Of a stretch of DNA of 64,000 nt, positions 58,876 to 64,000 are shown in pieces (position 1 is the first letter of the stretch; each line of letters begins with the position of its first letter). The position numbers and the translations under genes were made by a program. The DNA is taken from positions 17,322 through 81,321 of the forward strand of contig JBAZJT010000002.1 in the NCBI GenBank assembly GCA_041651175.1, given 5' to 3'. The notes below the pieces were generated by a model. That model made no database searches, was not told the origin of the DNA, and saw nothing but the letters and a program-made list of their open reading frames with translations. Origin of the DNA: Elusimicrobiales bacterium. Lineage in GTDB: Bacteria > Elusimicrobiota > Elusimicrobia > Elusimicrobiales > Elusimicrobiaceae.

Positions 58876-61800
58876 TGCGCAGCCGCCAGAAGGGGCGCTT
58901 CCTCGCCGGAGGAGACGGCGGCCACGGGCCGCCCGTCGCGCGAGAGCGAGACCGAAATCACCTTGGAAACGCCCTGCTCTTCCATGGTGACGCCGTAGAG
59001 CACGTCTGCGGCTTCCATGGTGCGCTTGTTGTGGGTGATGATGATGAACTGGGTTTTGGAGGCGAATTCCTTTATAAGGCCCACGAAACGCTCCACATTA
59101 GCCTCGTCCAGCGGGGCGTCGGCCTCGTCCATGATGCAGAAGGGCGACGGGTTGACGCAGAAAAATCCGAACAGCAGCGCCAGCGCGGTAAGCGCCTTTT
59201 CCCCGCCGGAAAGGGCGGAGATGCTCTGGAGCTTCTTGCCCGGCGGCTGGGCCATTATCTCAACGCCGGTTTCCAGCAGGTTTTCCGGCTGGGTCAGAAT
59301 CAGGTCCGCCTCGCCGCCCACGAAAAGGGTCTGGTAAATGCGGCGGAAATGCTCCCGCACTGCGTCGTAGGTGTGGCGGAAATTCTCGCGCGTGGCGGCG
59401 TTTATGCGCGCTATGGCGGATTTGAGGTCTTCGCGCGCGCGCTCCAGGTCGCCTATCTGGCTGCGCAGGAAATCCCCGCGCTGCGACAGCGCGTCGTATT
59501 CCTCCGGCGCGGTCATGTTGACGGCGCCCATGCTCTCCAGCCGGCGGCGGAGCATTTTAACGCGCTCTATATCCACCTCTACGCCGCCGTACTTCATGCG
59601 GGCTTCCTCTATGGTGGTCTGCCACTCGTCGGCCAGTTTGCGGGCTATTTCGTCGCGCTGGGCGGAGCGCTGGCTTACCTGCGCGCTCAGGTCGTGCGCC
59701 TCCAGCTCCAGAACGGAGAGTTCTTTCCTGAAATTGTCGGCGATTCTGGATTTTTCCTCGTACTCGCCGCGCATGGCGGCAAGTTCCTCGCGCAGGGCGG
59801 CCTGGCAGGTTTCCAGTTCGGCCAGTTCGGTTCTGCGGGAGGACAGGCGGGCCTGCGCCTGCTCTTTTTCGGCGGCGCACTGCTCTATCTTGGCGCGGGC
59901 GCCGCCGCGCTGGGCGGCGCGCTTTTCAAAATTGCGGGTTATCTCCTCCAGGGAGGAGGCCGTCATTCTCAGGTCGGCTTCCAGCCCGTTGATGTTAAAG
60001 CGCAGTTCGGACAGCCTGGAGCCGGATTCATCGCGGCGGGATTTAAATGCGGCGGCCTGCTCCACCAACGCCTGCCGTCTTGACCTGACCGCCTCTATCG
60101 CGCTTTTAAGCTCCGTCTGGCGGGCGCGGCGGGATTGCAGCCCCTCCTCCGCGGCGGCAAGGGCGGCGCGGCTTTCCTCGCGCTTTGCGGCGATGCCGGT
60201 TTTCTCTTTTTCCACGAGGCCAAGCTCCTCCTCGTGATTGGCGCGGGCCTGTTTTTTCGCCTCAAGCGCAGCGGAGAGAATGCTTTCGCGCGAGGTTTCC
60301 TCCCCCAGCGCGGCGCGGGCGGCGGCAAGCTCCTCTTCCGCGGCGCGGACTTCGCCCGCCACGGATTCGGACTGGGCGGCCAGCGCGGTTTCCTGCGCGG
60401 CGGCGGCCTCAAGGGCTTTGCGGACCTCCTCCTGCCGGCCCCAGTACTGCTGAACGGGGGACACGGAATCCGCCCCGGCCACAAGCCAGAACGGGCCTTC
60501 GGTATTGGAGCCCTGTCCCGTGCAGCCCGAAAGCAGCGCGCAAAGCAGATTTTCCAGTTCCGGCGGATAAGACAGCCGGGATTTCACCTCATCCGGCAGC
60601 GGCTGCGCGGGCTGAGACACTGCGTTCAGCGCCAGGAAACGGCAGCGGGCATTGCCCTGCGCGCGCACCTGCTCCGCCATTTTCCGGGCGGCATCCAAAG
60701 AATCGCAGAGTATCGCGTCCATGAAGGGGCCCAGCGCCTCTTCCGCGAAAAGCTTGTTTTCATCTGAAAATGAAAGGTGCTTGCGCAGCGGGCCTTTGGA
60801 GCCTTCGGCCTCCGCTACAGCGCGCGCGCCCAGCCAGTAGGGGTCTTTTTCGGCCTGGGCGCATAGAGTTTCAAGAGTGGCGTTGAGCGCCGCCTTCTCG
60901 CTGCGGCAGGCGGATATTTTTTCAGCGGTCTGGGCCGAAAGCGCGCCAAGCACGGATTTTTTGGAATCAAGCAACTGGACATTGTTGCGCGTCTGCTCCA
61001 GTTTGGCGCGCAGGGCCGCCAGCTCGGCTTCCGCGGCCTCTATATCCCTGGCGCCTTGCGCGGCGCGCTCGCCAAGCTGCTGCGTTTCCCTGTCCAGCAC
61101 GGACAAATCCGCGTCGTAATGGCTGATAGCCGACTGCGCCAGCGCCACCCGGTTGGAGCATTCCAGCTCCGCGCGGGAGGCTTCCACAAGCCCGGCATTG
61201 GCGGCATCCAGTTCGTTTATGGCGGAGGTTATATCGGTTTCGGCGGTTTCCAGCGCGGCTGAAATTTCGTCGTATTCCTTTTGCAGCGGGGCCGCGCTTT
61301 CCGCCGCCGCCGCTATTTGCGCGCGCAGCCTTTCCACCGCCGGTTCCAACTCGGCCTTCCGGGCGGCGGAGGAGGCGTCCTCGTTGTCCCAGTCGCCGAT
61401 TTGCCGGGAGAGTATGGCGGCGGAGGAATCGCATGCCGCGATTTCGCCTTCCAGCTTGCCCGTGTCGTATTTCGCGCCGGAGATTTTGCCGGCGAACTCC
61501 GTGTCCTGCGCCTGCTTGTGTGTCAAATTAAGGTTTAGCGCGGCGACCTCGCCTTCCAGCGCGGAAACACGGCCCTGCTTTTCCGACACCGCCTCATTAA
61601 TCGGATGCAGTTTCGCCGTCGCGGCGGAGGCTGCCTCGCCGTGGCGGTCCGCCTCGGAAACCGCCAGCGCGATTTCGCTTTCCCGCAGCTCCTCGCGGTT
61701 TTTCTGATAGAGGCGGGCCTTTCTGGCCTCGGAATCCAGCTTTTTAATCTGTTCGTCAATAAGGACCACGGCGTCCATCAGGCGGGCCAGATCCTGGTCC

Positions 61801-62351
61801 ACCTTTTCCAGCTTGCGCTGCGCCTCGTCGCGGCGGGACTTGTATTTGGAAACGCCGGCAGCCTCTTCAAAAAGCTCGCGCCGCATCTCCGGCGTGGCGG
61901 AAAGCACGAATTCCACGCCGCCCTGGTCTATTATGGCGTAGCCCTCGCCGCCGATGCCGGTATCCAGGAACAAATCGCGCACGTCGCGCAGCCGGCACTG
62001 CGTCTTATTAAGGAAATATTCGGATTCGCCGCTGCGGAATATGCGGCGCGTTACCGCTATCTCGCTGAAATCCAGCGGCAGGCGGCGGGCCTCGTTGTCG
62101 AAAATCATGTTGACTTCGGACATGCCGGTGGGCTGGCGCTTGGCGGTGCCGTTGAAAATTATGTCCACCATGGAGGCCGAGCGCAGCGATTTCCACGACA
62201 TTTCGCCTATGCACCAGCGTATGGAATCGACCACATTGGACTTTCCGCAGCCGTTGGGGCCGATGACGCAGGTGATGCCGGGCTTGAAATCCAGCCGGGC
62301 CTTGTCCGCAAAGGATTTGAAACCGGATATTTCTATAGCTTTAAGGTACAT
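58872..62351 (-). CDS. smc: chromosome partition protein Smc
   Basis: MYLKAIEISGFKSF..GPNGCGKSN Walker A, long coiled coils, central hinge, LSGGEKALTALALLF signature, CIMDEADAPLD Walker B. I prefer ATG 62351 to the track TTG 62381. Confidence 0.93.
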   Translation of the reverse strand: MYLKAIEISGFKSFADKARLDFKPGITCVIGPNGCGKSNVVDSIRWCIGEMSWKSLRSASMVDIIFNGTAKRQPTGMSEVNMIFDNEARRLPLDFSEIAVTRRIFRSGESEYFLNKTQCRLRDVRDLFLDTGIGGEGYAIIDQGGVEFVLSATPEMRRELFEEAAGVSKYKSRRDEAQRKLEKVDQDLARLMDAVVLIDEQIKKLDSEARKARLYQKNREELRESEIALAVSEADRHGEAASAATAKLHPINEAVSEKQGRVSALEGEVAALNLNLTHKQAQDTEFAGKISGAKYDTGKLEGEIAACDSSAAILSRQIGDWDNEDASSAARKAELEPAVERLRAQIAAAAESAAPLQKEYDEISAALETAETDITSAINELDAANAGLVEASRAELECSNRVALAQSAISHYDADLSVLDRETQQLGERAAQGARDIEAAEAELAALRAKLEQTRNNVQLLDSKKSVLGALSAQTAEKISACRSEKAALNATLETLCAQAEKDPYWLGARAVAEAEGSKGPLRKHLSFSDENKLFAEEALGPFMDAILCDSLDAARKMAEQVRAQGNARCRFLALNAVSQPAQPLPDEVKSRLSYPPELENLLCALLSGCTGQGSNTEGPFWLVAGADSVSPVQQYWGRQEEVRKALEAAAAQETALAAQSESVAGEVRAAEEELAAARAALGEETSRESILSAALEAKKQARANHEEELGLVEKEKTGIAAKREESRAALAAAEEGLQSRRARQTELKSAIEAVRSRRQALVEQAAAFKSRRDESGSRLSELRFNINGLEADLRMTASSLEEITRNFEKRAAQRGGARAKIEQCAAEKEQAQARLSSRRTELAELETCQAALREELAAMRGEYEEKSRIADNFRKELSVLELEAHDLSAQVSQRSAQRDEIARKLADEWQTTIEEARMKYGGVEVDIERVKMLRRRLESMGAVNMTAPEEYDALSQRGDFLRSQIGDLERAREDLKSAIARINAATRENFRHTYDAVREHFRRIYQTLFVGGEADLILTQPENLLETGVEIMAQPPGKKLQSISALSGGEKALTALALLFGFFCVNPSPFCIMDEADAPLDEANVERFVGLIKEFASKTQFIIITHNKRTMEAADVLYGVTMEEQGVSKVISVSLSRDGRPVAAVSSGEEAPLLAAAQ

Positions 62352-62361
62352 GTTTCCCAAG

Positions 62362-62391
62362 ATGGTATCATTTGCCGCCAAGTCTAGTCAA
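62362..62391 (-). promoter_or_regulatory. candidate sigma70-type promoter for smc (TTGACT-N18-TACCAT)
   Basis: On the minus strand, TTGACT lies at 62391-62386 and TACCAT at 62367-62362. The -10 ends 10 nt before ATG 62351, and there is no clear Shine-Dalgarno. Confidence 0.3.
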
Positions 62392-62407
62392 AAAGGCGGC
62401 GCAATAA

Positions 62408-62416
62408 TGCTAGAAT
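62408..62416 (+). promoter_or_regulatory. extended -10 box TGCTAGAAT upstream of the PIN-PhoH gene
   Basis: caataaTGCTAGAATtatcc lies 37 nt before ATG 62454, followed by a GGGGAG Shine-Dalgarno. It is embedded in a 16-nt near-palindrome, ATAATgCTAGaATTAT. Confidence 0.4.
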
Positions 62417-62453
62417 TATCCGCGATGCCAAACCACAGCCTTCAAGGGGAGCT

Positions 62454-63776
62454 ATGCCCAAAACATTCATAATAGACACCAACGTGCTCATACACGACGT
62501 CAACGCGCTTAACAACTTCCGCGACAACAACGTGGTAATCCCCATAGCGGTCATCGAAGAGCTGGACCATTTCAAAACCAACGGAGACGAGCGCGGCAAG
62601 AACGCCCGCCTGATTTCCCGCCGGCTGGACAAGCTGCGCCTGAAGGGCAGGCTCAATGACGGCGTGAAGCTGGAAAACGGCGGCACGATCAGAATAGCGC
62701 TGGATGCGGAGCGTGCCCTTCCCCAGCATTTCATGATGCGCGAGTCCGACAACCGCATTCTCAATATGGCCTACGCGCTGTCAAAAAACAAAAGCGCGCG
62801 GGTGATTATAGTTTCAAAGGACATAAACCTGCGGCTGAAGGCGGAGGCCGTGGGCCTTGAAGCCGAGGATTACGAGACCGGCAAGGTCAAGGTTGACGAG
62901 CTTTATTCGGGAATGCGCGAGCTGGAGGCGGACACCGGCATGGTGGACGCGCTTTACAAGGACAAAACGCTGGACGCCAGAAAGCTGGACGACGCGCTGC
63001 ACCCCAACGAATTCGTGATACTGCGCGACGCCGCAAACCCCAAGCATTCCGCGATAGGCCGCGTATTCGCCAGCGCCCAGGGCGACAAGCTGACAATACA
63101 GCCCGCCAGCCAGCAGGACCCCGCGCCGTGGGGGATACACCCGCTTAACAAGGAGCAGCGCTTTGCCATGGAGCTGCTGCTGGACGATTCCATAAGCCTC
63201 GTTACCCTTGTCGGCAATGCCGGCACGGGAAAAACCCTCATCTCCCTTGCCGCCGGAATGCAGAAAGCGGTGGAGGACAGCGTGTACCGCCGTCTCATAA
63301 TCTGCCGCTCCACCGTGCCCGTGGGCAAGGACATCGGGTTTCTGCCCGGCACCAAGGAGGAGAAGCTGGGCGTCTGGATGGGCGCGATTTACGACAATCT
63401 GGAGTTCCTCTCGGAGAAAAAACACCCCGAGGAGGGGCTGGAGCATTCCGATTACCTGGTTGAAAGCGGCAAGGTGGAGATCGCCTCCGTAACGCATATC
63501 CGGGGCCGCACGCTGCCCAAGCAGTACATGATTGTGGACGACGCGCAGAACCTCACCCCGCACGAGGTGAAAACAATTTTAAGCCGCGCCGGCGAGGGAA
63601 CCAAGGTGGTCGTAACCGGCGACCCGCATCAGATAGACAGCCCGTATCTGGACATAGAGTCCAACGGGCTGACATACATAGTGGACCGCTTCAAGGGCCA
63701 GAAAATATACGGGCATATCACCTTCACCAAGACAGAGCGCAGCCCGCTTGCCGCCCTTGTTGCCGAATTGCTGTAG
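62454..63776 (+). CDS. PIN-domain / PhoH-like ATPase fusion (YlaK family)
   Basis: 440 aa. N-terminal PIN (FIIDTNVLIHD ... SDNRIL). C-terminal PhoH P-loop LVGNAGTGKTL, DDAQNLTP, GDPHQID. Confidence 0.85.
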   Translation: MPKTFIIDTNVLIHDVNALNNFRDNNVVIPIAVIEELDHFKTNGDERGKNARLISRRLDKLRLKGRLNDGVKLENGGTIRIALDAERALPQHFMMRESDNRILNMAYALSKNKSARVIIVSKDINLRLKAEAVGLEAEDYETGKVKVDELYSGMRELEADTGMVDALYKDKTLDARKLDDALHPNEFVILRDAANPKHSAIGRVFASAQGDKLTIQPASQQDPAPWGIHPLNKEQRFAMELLLDDSISLVTLVGNAGTGKTLISLAAGMQKAVEDSVYRRLIICRSTVPVGKDIGFLPGTKEEKLGVWMGAIYDNLEFLSEKKHPEEGLEHSDYLVESGKVEIASVTHIRGRTLPKQYMIVDDAQNLTPHEVKTILSRAGEGTKVVVTGDPHQIDSPYLDIESNGLTYIVDRFKGQKIYGHITFTKTERSPLAALVAELL

Positions 63777-63799
63777 CGGAGCCGGATGCGGGGAGCGCA

Positions 63800-63830
63800 T
63801 TTTTCCGCCGCGCGGCGCGCGGCGGAAAAA
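63800..63830. repeat. perfect 14-bp inverted repeat / stem-loop downstream of the PhoH-like gene
   Basis: TTTTTCCGCCGCGC-ggc-GCGCGGCGGAAAAA. The polarity (T-run 5', A-run 3' on both strands) is the reverse of a canonical intrinsic terminator, but a T-rich run (tagtattatttt) follows. Confidence 0.45.
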
Positions 63831-63868
63831 TAGTATTATTTTCGGGAGCGCAGTTTCGGGGTAATTGA

Positions 63869-64000
63869 ATGACAGTATTATGGCTGCTGCTGGCTGTGTC
63901 CGCAACGGCGACGATTGTCATACCGTCAGCCGGGGCGTGGCTTATGCTTTTGCGCCCGCTCATAGTGGCTACGGGCGCGGCGTTCGCCGTCTGGGTTTAT
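63869..64000 (+). CDS. 5' fragment of a membrane protein gene (runs off right edge)
   Basis: Manual translation gives MTVLWLLLAVSATATIVIPSAGAWLMLLRPLIVATGAAFAVWVY. It is open to the window end and strongly hydrophobic. No family assignment possible. Confidence 0.3.
   Translation, partial: MTVLWLLLAVSATATIVIPSAGAWLMLLRPLIVATGAAFAVWVY

Noticed and set aside
58138-62351. smc + metallophosphoesterase read as an SbcC/SbcD-like nuclease pair
   Set aside because: The large protein has the N-terminal MYLK..GFKSF, hinge and C-terminal motifs and the ~1160-aa length of chromosomal Smc. The 245-aa phosphoesterase is YfcE/Metallophos_2-like, far shorter than SbcD/Mre11 and lacking its capping domain.
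58875-62387. Several 180-400-aa plus-strand ORFs antisense to smc
   Set aside because: smc has unambiguous Walker A, signature and Walker B motifs and coiled-coil composition. The antisense ORFs are low-complexity Ala/Arg/Gly products.
63800-63830. Calling the 14-bp inverted repeat a canonical bidirectional intrinsic terminator
   Set aside because: The T-run precedes and the A-run follows the GC stem on both strands, the opposite of the A-tract/stem/U-tract layout. It is kept only as a stem-loop of uncertain function.
1-64000. rRNA, tRNA, tmRNA, transposase/integrase, prophage blocks
   Set aside because: Non-coding gaps are at most ~120 nt, and none shows tRNA-like T-arm (GTTCRANYC) or acceptor features. 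No ORF has DDE/tyrosine/serine recombinase motifs that I could recognise.

Overview
This is a 64-kb, high-GC (about 60-68% in hand-counted 60-nt lines), very gene-dense bacterial chromosomal segment. It holds about 56 protein-coding genes. Most are joined by 1-17-nt start/stop overlaps (ATGA/GTGA), and some convergent 3' ends overlap by up to 116 nt. I recognised no rRNA, tRNA, CRISPR array, transposase or integrase.

Most of the content is housekeeping:
- tsaB-tsaE-thiL.
- A co-directional PLD / TPR / Memo(amrB) / PAS / hypA / Mrp-ATPase / PBP1A / mfd array.
- hypF.
- A folate block (queD-like, folP, folK, folC).
- asnB.
- Two tandem 5'-nucleotidase paralogues.
- otsA-otsB-mscS.
- A near-complete de novo purine operon (guaA-purC-S-L-Q-F-D-E-M and a fused purN::purH).
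- An envelope-glycan cluster (rmlD-like, GT-C-like membrane protein, wecA/mraY-like, Glf-like flavoprotein).
- smc and a PIN-PhoH gene.

The one clearly accessory element is a ~2-kb low-GC (~40-45%) two-gene cassette at 54.85-56.81 kb. It encodes an ABC/AAA_15-21-type ATPase and a small HNH nuclease, the Septu PtuA/PtuB-like anti-phage architecture. It sits in a long minus-strand host gene array with no mobility genes, and its HNH gene is ATGA-coupled to a host-composition P-loop gene of unknown function.

Other items worth follow-up:
- A Memo protein with a PqqD/RRE-like N-terminal extension.
- An archaeal-style HypA plus Mrp/MinD ATPase pair.
- A CE-motif QueD/PTPS paralogue fused into folP-folK.
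- The PurN-PurH fusion.
- A proline-rich 75-nt tandem-repeat tail on an RmlD-like enzyme.
- A catalytically degenerate 5'-nucleotidase paralogue.
- Recurring TGCTAGAWT / -10-like boxes placed 6-11 nt from start codons, which may indicate leaderless operon heads.

All homology calls come from motif recognition by eye and no searches were run. The ORF track prints M for TTG/GTG starts, so several 5' ends are uncertain. Short-motif coordinates are hand-indexed (+/-2 nt).
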